Shown piece by piece: positions 28,545-36,890 of a stretch of 64,000 nucleotides of DNA. The translations under genes were made by a program, and so were the position numbers. The notes beneath the pieces were generated by a model. The model worked only from the letters and a program-made list of their open reading frames with translations, did no database searches and was not told where the DNA came from. Position 1 is the first letter of the stretch. Each line of letters opens with the position of its first letter. This stretch comes from Candidatus Marinamargulisbacteria bacterium. Its GTDB lineage: Bacteria; Margulisbacteria; Marinamargulisbacteria; UBA817. Location of the stretch: positions 30,828 through 94,827 of the forward strand of contig JBMHDV010000004.1 in assembly GCA_049889215.1 (NCBI GenBank). Direction: 5' to 3'.

Positions 28545-29105
28545 TCATTGCAGCGTGCAGCAACCCAAGTTCTTGTTTGGATCTGCGCTATTTGAAATAT
28601 TAAAGAACGCACCACCCTCATCGACTTTATACAAGCCCTGTATCGCATTTGTTTGATAAAGCTGCTTATAAATTTTCAATTGCTCACCATCAAAAACAAT
28701 GAATGGATACTGTTCTTTATCTTTAATTTCAGGCGAAGCAAAAAGTAAAAATCTAGATTTTGTACCCAAAAACGAATTCTCATAAAAACCGCATAAAAAT
28801 TTTATTTTGTTATTGTAAATAATTATCTTAACTAACGCCTTTATGTTTTTTTTATTAAAATCCTTCTCACTGAAGTCAAACCGTGATTTTGCATTAGTCA
28901 TTATTTTAAAGCATTTAATAAACTCCCACCCAAAAGTCGTCTCATTCCATTTCTCTTTATTGGACGGCAACCATTTGCCATTACTATTATTTAGCTCAAC
29001 CAAGTTTTTATTATTCTTAAAAAAGGACAGTCTCCCTTTGGTTTTTTCAAACCTTAATCCATACGAATTTAACTTTAATTGTGGAAGGGATAATATTTTG
29101 TACAT
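28545..29105 (-). CDS. Hypothetical protein (orphan; markedly AT-rich gene)
   Basis: 186-aa Lys/Asn-rich ORF ending ..NLGCCTLQ. No recognisable family. Confidence 0.45.
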   Translation of the reverse strand: MYKILSLPQLKLNSYGLRFEKTKGRLSFFKNNKNLVELNNSNGKWLPSNKEKWNETTFGWEFIKCFKIMTNAKSRFDFSEKDFNKKNIKALVKIIIYNNKIKFLCGFYENSFLGTKSRFLLFASPEIKDKEQYPFIVFDGEQLKIYKQLYQTNAIQGLYKVDEGGAFFNISNSADPNKNLGCCTLQ

Positions 29106-29231
29106 CTAAAAAAATTAACACGAATATTAACAAAAAAAAATAAAAAAATATTTTTATTTATCAAAAATAATTTGATTTAAAATCTAAAAAAAACGTAATA
29201 TAGAAGCATATTAATTCTATGGAGGTCCCCC

Positions 29232-30146
29232 ATGATTTCAGCAATAAGAACAAGTGCTCGTTTCGCACAGCCAAAGGCTACACAACACGCAAAACGTGCA
29301 CTAAGTGCCGCACCATCAACACGACAAGATATCGAGACCGTTAGCCAAACATTATTGGCAACACCGGTCACGCACAACAACAAAAAGAGCATCATGGGGT
29401 ATTTTAATCAATATTTCAACACGTATCTAAAGCAAGAAAGTGTACGACCCGTGGTTGATTTCTTAAAAACATCCGGTCTCACGCAAACCCAAATTGAAGA
29501 TAACTTCAAAGATCACATGGCCTTACGTGCACCAACAAAGTATTCTGGAATCAAGCTCATTCAGCACCTTATTGGCGCTGGCATTTATGGGTTTGAAGCA
29601 ACCCTGCCATCCAACCAAGCATCAGGCACAAAAAATGCCATTCAAGAAGTGAGCATTGGCGCTGGCAACCAATATGGGGTTACATTATCCGCCACTGGTG
29701 AAGCATTAACGCATGGCATGCCCAATTACCTATTTGTTAGCATGAAAATCGATCACAGCAATCATAGTGACCTTTTCACAAACTTAAACGAACCATTTCA
29801 GACGGAATATTTTGACAATATTTTAATCCACCCCTACTGGCAACCCGCAGAAACACTCACTCGTGCCCATGGTGCAGGTGCCGCGAATCATTTCACACTT
29901 AGCGTAAATGGCTTGGTTAATCTTGGATTTTGTGATGACATTGATGACTTAAGGCAGCAGTTTTTAAATGCGGGATTTAAAGAAAACACCAACCTGGCCG
30001 TTGAAGATTGCCCAGATGTTACCCAATATGCCCTAACCAGTGCCGGTGATGGCGTTTATGTTGAATATTTGCAACGGGCGGAAGGGATTCCAGGGTTTTC
30101 TACCAATACAGCCAATATTAATCGCATTGGTGGCCATGTTCGTTGA
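29232..30146 (+). CDS. Hypothetical protein (304 aa)
   Basis: Strong Shine-Dalgarno (GGAGGtcccccATG). The N-terminal 32 residues are basic and hydroxylated with no acidic residue. No recognisable family. Confidence 0.55.
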   Translation: MISAIRTSARFAQPKATQHAKRALSAAPSTRQDIETVSQTLLATPVTHNNKKSIMGYFNQYFNTYLKQESVRPVVDFLKTSGLTQTQIEDNFKDHMALRAPTKYSGIKLIQHLIGAGIYGFEATLPSNQASGTKNAIQEVSIGAGNQYGVTLSATGEALTHGMPNYLFVSMKIDHSNHSDLFTNLNEPFQTEYFDNILIHPYWQPAETLTRAHGAGAANHFTLSVNGLVNLGFCDDIDDLRQQFLNAGFKENTNLAVEDCPDVTQYALTSAGDGVYVEYLQRAEGIPGFSTNTANINRIGGHVR

Positions 30147-30299
30147 CTGACCAACCCAATCTTAGCACGATTTAAAGACCAGCTACCCACCATCCAATAT
30201 CAACATACAAGCAATGGCAATGATGACCTTTCTGACGAGTTTAAGGCCATCATTGCCCCCTACAACGCACCATTAACACCCAGCAACATCCCTCGGGTA

Positions 30300-31580
30300 T
30301 TGGTTGACACCAAACAAGCATCTGACATTACAAAGCTTATTCAGTGGGCCAATTGCAACAATGCCACCATTGTGCCACTGGGTGGCAATACCAATCTGGT
30401 GCGTGCCTGTGATATTGAATTTACCGCATCCAACCAAGCATCTCTCATCATCTACTTGCGTTACACCCATCGTCAACTTGATTACGACCCAGCAACCAAG
30501 CAAATCACGTGCAGTCCCAACATCACCATGGCTGAATTGCATGACTACTGCGACTCAATCCATCGGCGTTGGGATGTTCATTTTTCAGCCCTTTCTGCAA
30601 CCATCGGAGGGATTATGAGCACCAATGCCGGTGGCGAACAAAGCAAGGCAAGCAAGCATTTGGTTGCGCTTAACATCATCGATGGGCTTGGAAAAAACCA
30701 ACAATTAAAAGCAGATGTGCATCAAACCCATAGCATGATACCCAAATATGGTACGGCCACCCAAGGCCTCTGCGGCTTTATTACCAGCATCAAACTGCAG
30801 ACCCAACCCCAGTGGCTGGATACCTGCTCAGCCATTGCCCATGTCCCCTTACCCGACATCACTGCCTATCGACATCACGTGAATGAGGTTAGCCAAGGGC
30901 AACTGGTCGCCTGCGAATTAATCGATCATGAATGCCTGGATGCGCAGGATCAATTAACAAATGAAACCAACCCAAGTAGCATGATGCTATTAATGAAATT
31001 TGCCACACCACATCAACAACTGGACCTTGATAAGTTATGGCTAAGCCTTGCCGAACACTACCCCAACATCTTCGACACAATGCAGCTATCAACCTCCCAA
31101 ACTCAAGAAGAGGACTTCTGGCACATGCGCCACGAGGTGTCCGATGCCAACCGCCGTTGGGCAAAATCCAACGATATGCGCTACATTGGCTATGATATTG
31201 GCGTACCAAAAGCAGCCCTACACAATATTATCCCCATCATTCGAGAAATGCTATCAAGCATTGATGGACGCTTATTTGCCTTTGGGCACAGCATGCAATC
31301 TACCTCGCACGATACCATGCACATCAACATTGCACTCCCCTCATCTAGCACATTATCGCAAGATGAGCTTTCTAAGCAATTAATGACACGCTTGCACGCA
31401 TTTGATATTCAAATGGCCGCTGAACATGGCGGTTTGGGCAATAAATCCATCAATGATACCTTGGCATGCTTAACAAGCAACGAAAAACAAGACCTCGTAA
31501 GCTACCTCACTAAAATGGACCCACACGATACATTTCGAAAAGACATCAAACAAAAATTAAGACTGTCGGTTTTAACCTAA
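30300..31580 (+). CDS. FAD-linked oxidase family protein (GlcD/D-lactate dehydrogenase-like, divergent); start uncertain
   Basis: FAD_binding_4-like PRVLVDTKQASDITKLIQWANCNNATIVPLGGNTNLV, and a C-terminal AAEHGGLGNK resembling the sGEHGiG motif. The track start is TTG 30300, but the frame is open and homologous-looking back to 30147. Confidence 0.7.
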   Translation: MVDTKQASDITKLIQWANCNNATIVPLGGNTNLVRACDIEFTASNQASLIIYLRYTHRQLDYDPATKQITCSPNITMAELHDYCDSIHRRWDVHFSALSATIGGIMSTNAGGEQSKASKHLVALNIIDGLGKNQQLKADVHQTHSMIPKYGTATQGLCGFITSIKLQTQPQWLDTCSAIAHVPLPDITAYRHHVNEVSQGQLVACELIDHECLDAQDQLTNETNPSSMMLLMKFATPHQQLDLDKLWLSLAEHYPNIFDTMQLSTSQTQEEDFWHMRHEVSDANRRWAKSNDMRYIGYDIGVPKAALHNIIPIIREMLSSIDGRLFAFGHSMQSTSHDTMHINIALPSSSTLSQDELSKQLMTRLHAFDIQMAAEHGGLGNKSINDTLACLTSNEKQDLVSYLTKMDPHDTFRKDIKQKLRLSVLT

Positions 31581-32639
31581 CGAGTCAATGGATTTTTTTA
31601 AGCGCGATTCGTCATTACGCAGTGCAGAGATTTGTTGAAAATGAGTCTTTTCCTCACTACTTAAACTGGTTGGAATATCCACATTAACAACCACAAATAA
31701 GTCGCCATGGCCAAAGCCCTTAATGCTTTTAATGCCTTTGCCTTTTAAGCGAAACTTGGTGCCCGCTTGCGTACCCGCTGGAATTTTCAAATCAGTTTCA
31801 CCCGCCAAAATAGGAACGCGTGCTTTGGTTCCCAACACCAATTGCGTCACTGGCACTGGAATTTCGATGAATAAATCATTTCCTTCACGATGAAACACGG
31901 CATGTTCTTTGACTGTAATAACCACAAATAAGTCACCACGCGGACCGCCACCAACACCGGCATTGCCTTCGCCACTAATGCGTAATTTCATGCCAGTTTC
32001 AACACCCGCAGGAACTTTTATTTCCAATGACTTTTTCTTTTTCTCTCGTTCAATGCCACCCGTTCCCTGGCATGTTGGGCATGCCGATCGCTGAGAGATA
32101 CTTCCTAAAATGGTCCGTTGCACCATTTCAACATAACCAACACCGTTGCACTGCTGGCATGATCGTGTGCTACCTGATTTTACATCCAAATAAAAAAGGT
32201 CTATTGATTTAGTTAAACCCGTCGCTGCCTCTTCAAGAGAAACGGTCAGATCATAACGTAAATCTTCGCCCGATTGCTGCGAAGACGAACGACCACCGCC
32301 GCCACCGCGAGACCCACCAAAAAATGATTCAAAAATATCACCAAAGGCATCTTCAAACCCAGCAGACCCGCTAAAGCCTTCAAAACCACCAAAGCCGCCA
32401 CCGCCGCCAAAACCACCAGCTTGATCATCGGTAACACCAAATTGATCATAGCGCGCACGTTTTTGAGGATCAGACAATACATCAAAGGCGGACTGAACTT
32501 CTTTAAATTTATCCTCAGCGCCAGCCTCTTTATTAACATCGGGGTGATACTTACGAGCCAAGCGGCGATATGCACGCTTAATCTCTTGTTCGTTTGCCCC
32601 TTTGTCAATTTCTAAAATGTTGTATAAATCTTTGGCCAT
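31572..32639 (-). CDS. dnaJ: Chaperone DnaJ (with a reduced zinc-finger region)
   Basis: J-domain DLYNILEIDKGANEQEIKRAYRRLARKYHPDVN, a G/F-rich region, and only two CxxCxGxG motifs. Confidence 0.93.
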   Translation of the reverse strand: MAKDLYNILEIDKGANEQEIKRAYRRLARKYHPDVNKEAGAEDKFKEVQSAFDVLSDPQKRARYDQFGVTDDQAGGFGGGGGFGGFEGFSGSAGFEDAFGDIFESFFGGSRGGGGGRSSSQQSGEDLRYDLTVSLEEAATGLTKSIDLFYLDVKSGSTRSCQQCNGVGYVEMVQRTILGSISQRSACPTCQGTGGIEREKKKKSLEIKVPAGVETGMKLRISGEGNAGVGGGPRGDLFVVITVKEHAVFHREGNDLFIEIPVPVTQLVLGTKARVPILAGETDLKIPAGTQAGTKFRLKGKGIKSIKGFGHGDLFVVVNVDIPTSLSSEEKTHFQQISALRNDESRLKKSIDSLG

Positions 32640-32671
32640 AAGTGTTCAATTCTCCCCCCCAAAGAAACGTT

Positions 32672-34618
32672 TTATTTCTTGTCGTTAACTTCCTCATATT
32701 CTGCATCAACAACATTGTCGTCTTTTTTTGCTTCTTCAGCTGCAGGCTCTTCAGACGCTTGCCCAGCATCTGCACCAGCTTGCTGAGCGGCTTCTTGAGC
32801 TGCCTCAGGGTTGGCTTGATACAATTCTTGCGAAAATTCATGCAACTTGGCTTGCAAGGCATCTGACTTTTCTTTAATTGCATCCGCATCTTCTTTTGCT
32901 AACGCTTCTTTTAACTCAGCAATCGCCGCTTCCAATGCTGTTTTTGTTTCATCTTTTAATTTATCTTTTGAATCTGTCATTAACTTTTCAGTTTGATAAA
33001 TCATGTTATCGGCATTGTTTTTAGCTTCAATTGCCTCACGCTTCTTCTTATCTTCCTCAGCAGATGCTTCCGCTTCTTTTTTCATGCGTTCGATATCATC
33101 ATCGGATAATTCAGAACTAGCTGTAATGGTAATCTTTTGTTCTTTACCTGTGCCTTTATCTTTGGCTTTTACATTTAAAATACCATTCGCATCAATATCA
33201 AACGATACTTCAACTTGAGGAATACCACGTGGTGCAGGTGCAATACCTTCTAAAATAAAGCGACCCAAGGTTCGGTTATCATTGGCCATTTCACGTTCAC
33301 CCTGTAAGACATGAATTTCGACGCTGGTTTGATTATCAGCCGCAGTTGAGAATACTTGGCTTTTGGTGGATGGAATCGTTGTATTTCGTTCAATCAGCTT
33401 GGTGCAAACGCCACCCAATGTTTCGATACCCAAAGATAATGGGGTCACGTCAAGTAAAACAACATCTTGAACATCACCAGCCAAAACACCACCTTGAATA
33501 GCAGCACCCAACGCAACCACCTCATCTGGGTTCACACCCTTGCTTGGCTCTTTGCCAAAGAATGATTTAACTGCATCTTGAATGGCTGGAACACGTGTGG
33601 TTCCACCAACTAAAATAACTTCGTCAATTTCGTTTGCCGATAACCCAGCATCGGATAATGCCTTTTTACAAGGTTCAATCGAACGCTTAACGAAATCTTC
33701 AATCATTTGCTCAAACTTTGAGCGAGTTAAATTCACATTCAAGTGTTTTGGGCCAGAGTTATCTGCTGTAATAAATGGCAGGTTAATGTCCGTTGCCTGA
33801 GTCGAAGACAACTCAATTTTTGCTTTTTCTGCAGCTTCTTTTAAACGCTGACCAGCCATTTGATCTTGACTCAAATCAACACCCTGTTCTTTTTTGAATT
33901 CAGCGACCAACCAGTCAATAATAACTTGATCCAAGTCGTCACCACCCAAATGAGTGTCACCATTTGTAGCTAAAACTTCAAATACACCATCACCAATTTC
34001 TAATACTGATACATCAAACGTACCACCACCAAAATCATAAACGGCGATTTTTTGGTCGTTCTTTTTATCCAAGCCATAGGCCAATGCCGCAGCAGTTGGC
34101 TCGTTAATAATACGCAAAACTTCGAGACCAGCAACTTCACCTGCATCTTTGGTTGCTTTACGCTGAGAATCATTAAAGTAAGCTGGCACAGTAATGACTG
34201 CTTTGGTTACTGTTTCACCCAAATAGGCTTCTGCATCTGCTTTGATTTTTTGCAAAACACGTGCTGAGATTTCTGGTGGCGCATAGTTTTTATCTTTAAC
34301 TTTAAATTCAATACCACCATCTTTACGTTCAACAACGTCGTATGGCATGTTGGTTTCTTCTTTAGATAATTCACTAAACTTACGACCAATAAATCGCTTT
34401 GCTGAGTAAACAGTACCGGCAGGATTGGTAACAGCTTGCCGTTTGGCCACTTGGCCAACCAAGGTATCAGAATCAGTAAATGCAACGACTGAAGGGGTTG
34501 TACGTGCACCTTCTGCATTTGCGATAACATTCGCGTCCTTGCCTTCCATAACCGCAAAACATGAATTTGTGGTTCCTAAATCAATACCGATAATTTTTGA
34601 TGATTCTTTTTGACTCAT
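32672..34618 (-). CDS. dnaK: Chaperone DnaK (Hsp70)
   Basis: [25 protein letters not shown] and [11 protein letters not shown], in a full-length 648-aa protein. Confidence 0.98.
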   Translation of the reverse strand: MSQKESSKIIGIDLGTTNSCFAVMEGKDANVIANAEGARTTPSVVAFTDSDTLVGQVAKRQAVTNPAGTVYSAKRFIGRKFSELSKEETNMPYDVVERKDGGIEFKVKDKNYAPPEISARVLQKIKADAEAYLGETVTKAVITVPAYFNDSQRKATKDAGEVAGLEVLRIINEPTAAALAYGLDKKNDQKIAVYDFGGGTFDVSVLEIGDGVFEVLATNGDTHLGGDDLDQVIIDWLVAEFKKEQGVDLSQDQMAGQRLKEAAEKAKIELSSTQATDINLPFITADNSGPKHLNVNLTRSKFEQMIEDFVKRSIEPCKKALSDAGLSANEIDEVILVGGTTRVPAIQDAVKSFFGKEPSKGVNPDEVVALGAAIQGGVLAGDVQDVVLLDVTPLSLGIETLGGVCTKLIERNTTIPSTKSQVFSTAADNQTSVEIHVLQGEREMANDNRTLGRFILEGIAPAPRGIPQVEVSFDIDANGILNVKAKDKGTGKEQKITITASSELSDDDIERMKKEAEASAEEDKKKREAIEAKNNADNMIYQTEKLMTDSKDKLKDETKTALEAAIAELKEALAKEDADAIKEKSDALQAKLHEFSQELYQANPEAAQEAAQQAGADAGQASEEPAAEEAKKDDNVVDAEYEEVNDKK

Positions 34619-34632
34619 AATTTACTCCTTTT

Positions 34633-35241
34633 TTATTTTGTTGATACAACCACCATCGCTGGTCGTATCACTCGATCGTTTAGTTTGTAGCCCGGCTGCA
34701 TTTCTTTAACAACCGTATTTTCGTCTTTATCTGGATGAGACTCTTGCGAAATCCCTTGATGTAGATTTGGATCAAATGGCTGATCCAATGATTCAATCTT
34801 TTCGACCCCAATTTTTTCTAAAAACTGAGAGATTTGTTTTTGAATCATTTCAAACCCTGTGATGACTGCCTTCACTTCCTCAGATTCAGATACTGCCGAT
34901 TGGCCCATCGCCAAATCAAACGCATCTAAAATAGGTAACAAATCATTAATTAAGCGTTCGTTTCCAAACTTAATTGCATCAACTTTTTCTTGTTCTTTAC
35001 GTCGCTTTACATTTTCAAGCTCAGCAAGCGAACGTAACGATTGATCTTTTGCATCAGCTGCATCTTTTTCAAGCTGATCTTTTTCTTTGGTTAAACTCAA
35101 TACCTGGTCTTGCAATTCATTAATTTGATCATTTAATGCATCAACATCAACCGATTCAACCGACGCATCAGCCGCGGCCTTTGCTGCGTCTGCTTTGGTT
35201 TTTTTTGTTGTCTTTTTACTTGTTGTTGTTTTTTTAGCCAT
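34633..35241 (-). CDS. grpE: Nucleotide exchange factor GrpE
   Basis: Coiled-coil N-terminal half, then LLPILDAFDLA and FDPNLHQGISQE...VLKPGY-type C-terminus (MQPGYKLNDRVIRPAMVVV). Confidence 0.93.
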   Translation of the reverse strand: MAKKTTTSKKTTKKTKADAAKAAADASVESVDVDALNDQINELQDQVLSLTKEKDQLEKDAADAKDQSLRSLAELENVKRRKEQEKVDAIKFGNERLINDLLPILDAFDLAMGQSAVSESEEVKAVITGFEMIQKQISQFLEKIGVEKIESLDQPFDPNLHQGISQESHPDKDENTVVKEMQPGYKLNDRVIRPAMVVVSTK

Positions 35242-35258
35242 AAATCTCCTTTACTTTA

Positions 35259-36245
35259 TCAAAATTGAATGAGCTCGGCTAGGGTTTGATTTGAACTTAA
35301 AAAGCCCATCATTCCTGCATAATCCATTCGCTTTGGCCCCATGATTCCTAGGGTTGCTACTTTAACACCATCCAAAATGATTGGAACCCCAATCAAACTC
35401 GTTCCATTTAATCGATCATCATTGAGTTCATGCCCAATCGATACCGACACCGTGCCACGAGCAACCACGGTATCCAATAAATCACCCAACTGTTGCGGCC
35501 GATCAATAATATCCAGCAAACACTCAAGTTCAGCCTTCGAGTGATAATCGGGCAAAGCCAAACATTGGCGCGTGTTTCTAATTAATACCGATTGCTGGTC
35601 CTCAGCAATCGGTGCATTCATTACAGTGGTGTACAAGTGTCGAATAAAATCGGCCCCTTCTTTATTAAATGCGCCTTGAAGCTTGTCATCATCCAAACCT
35701 GTTGCGCAATGATTTTGTACCCATGCAACCAGTTCATCATGATCAAGACCTGCAACATCATTGGGAAATCGAACTGTGACCTTACTAACAATACCGACTC
35801 GGTGAAACAATACCACTAGACCTGTATACGAATTCAGCGGAACATACTGAATCATGGCAATATCATTTAATGCCTGGGCATGCAGTTTTAACAACACAAT
35901 GTATGGGGTTCGTTTGGCCAACCGGTCCATGAACTGATCAAATAAAAAACGAAACTTTTGTTGATATGTTTGATGATCCACATGCTGGTCAAGTGAAATA
36001 GAAGTTGGGGCATCCAATCGATCAACATACGCCCGATACCCTTTATCGGTTGGCACCCGCCCGGATGACGTGTGCAGCTTTTCTAAATAGCCTTGTTGAT
36101 CCAGTACTGAAAAAACCTGACGTACTGACGCCGGGGACAACTGAATATGCAACTGATCCTTTACCATTGCCGAAGAAATGGGCTGACAGGAATCAATAAA
36201 ATGGTCAACAACACATGTCAGTATTGCTTCTTGACGATCATTCAT
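35259..36245 (-). CDS. hrcA: Heat-inducible transcription repressor HrcA
   Basis: MNDRQEAILTCVVDHFIDSCQPISSAMV is a typical HrcA winged-helix N-terminus, and the gene heads grpE-dnaK-dnaJ. The ORF-track GTG start (36269) lies inside the CIRCE element, so ATG 36245 is preferred. Confidence 0.9.
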   Translation of the reverse strand: MNDRQEAILTCVVDHFIDSCQPISSAMVKDQLHIQLSPASVRQVFSVLDQQGYLEKLHTSSGRVPTDKGYRAYVDRLDAPTSISLDQHVDHQTYQQKFRFLFDQFMDRLAKRTPYIVLLKLHAQALNDIAMIQYVPLNSYTGLVVLFHRVGIVSKVTVRFPNDVAGLDHDELVAWVQNHCATGLDDDKLQGAFNKEGADFIRHLYTTVMNAPIAEDQQSVLIRNTRQCLALPDYHSKAELECLLDIIDRPQQLGDLLDTVVARGTVSVSIGHELNDDRLNGTSLIGVPIILDGVKVATLGIMGPKRMDYAGMMGFLSSNQTLAELIQF

Positions 36246-36254
36246 AGGCTCATT

Positions 36255-36281
36255 ATAGCACTCGACCACCGAGAGTGCTAG
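36255..36281 (-). promoter_or_regulatory. CIRCE operator (HrcA binding site)
   Basis: cTAGCACTC-N9-GAGTGCTAt compared with the consensus TTAGCACTC-N9-GAGTGCTAA. It is a perfect 8+8 inverted repeat with a 9-nt spacer, ~10 nt upstream of the hrcA ATG. Confidence 0.9.
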
Positions 36282-36287
36282 TAGTTC

Positions 36288-36890
36288 CTAAACCGCAGGA
36301 AATGAATACACAGGAGCAACCGCTGGATGAACGGCTTTATCATCAAAATCAAGCACCATCGCAACATCCATTAAGTTTAATGATACGGAGGTCACATCAT
36401 AATTAGTTGTGGGTAAACCTGACCCAAAATGAGCACAAAATAATGGACTTTCAAATTTATTTAACCAAGCATCATACGCATCTACAGCCACTTGTTGAAT
36501 GCTTGAAATGGCATCATGCCCATCTTGATTAGACTGAAATAATTGAACATTTAACCACCCTTTACGAGATGGACTTGATAGCAATGTGAGTTGTCTTATG
36601 GGCTGAATCATCATATAGGCTTCAAATAGTGTCAGGCCTTTACATGGAATATCATGAACCTTAGCCATCATCTTGGCGGTTGTTAAGGCCAACCGAATCC
36701 CAGTATAATTACCAGGACCTAAAATAGTAAAAATCCCTGTGATTGAATCAACCGAAGCTATGATGTCGGCCAACTTCTGAGGAAGCATTTCAATATGACC
36801 TAAGCCATCCCATCGCTCATATTGAGCGTTAGATTTAGAAAAGACCCCATATTCAATTGGGTTAGCAACTGCATTAAGCCCGAGAATCAT
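36288..36890 (-). CDS. tsaB: tRNA threonylcarbamoyladenosine (t6A) biosynthesis protein TsaB (YeaZ)
   Basis: ILGPGNYTGIRLALTTAKMMAKVHDIP matches the TsaB GPGSFTGLRIG..AKGLA signature. Length is ~200 aa. Confidence 0.75.
   Translation of the reverse strand: MILGLNAVANPIEYGVFSKSNAQYERWDGLGHIEMLPQKLADIIASVDSITGIFTILGPGNYTGIRLALTTAKMMAKVHDIPCKGLTLFEAYMMIQPIRQLTLLSSPSRKGWLNVQLFQSNQDGHDAISSIQQVAVDAYDAWLNKFESPLFCAHFGSGLPTTNYDVTSVSLNLMDVAMVLDFDDKAVHPAVAPVYSFPAV

Noticed and set aside
30144-30146. TGA recoding (alternative genetic code or selenocysteine) as the explanation for the in-frame TGA
   Set aside because: Several ORFs in the window terminate at TGA in the classic ATGA stop/start overlap with the next gene (for example the giant genes A and B and the 45-aa lipoprotein ORF), and conserved genes have their expected lengths. 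This argues against TGA being a sense codon. No convincing SECIS-like hairpin lies immediately downstream, and FAD-linked oxidases are not known selenoproteins.
30273-31383. Track ORFs 30273..30542(-), 30304..30618(+), 30889..31209(-) and 31048..31383(+)
   Set aside because: They are alternative frames or antisense to the FAD-oxidase CDS, with Pro/Arg/Cys-rich off-frame composition and no motifs.
32246-34613. Several 60-120-aa ORFs overlapping dnaJ and dnaK on both strands
   Set aside because: They lie entirely inside two of the most conserved genes in the window and are off-frame artefacts.
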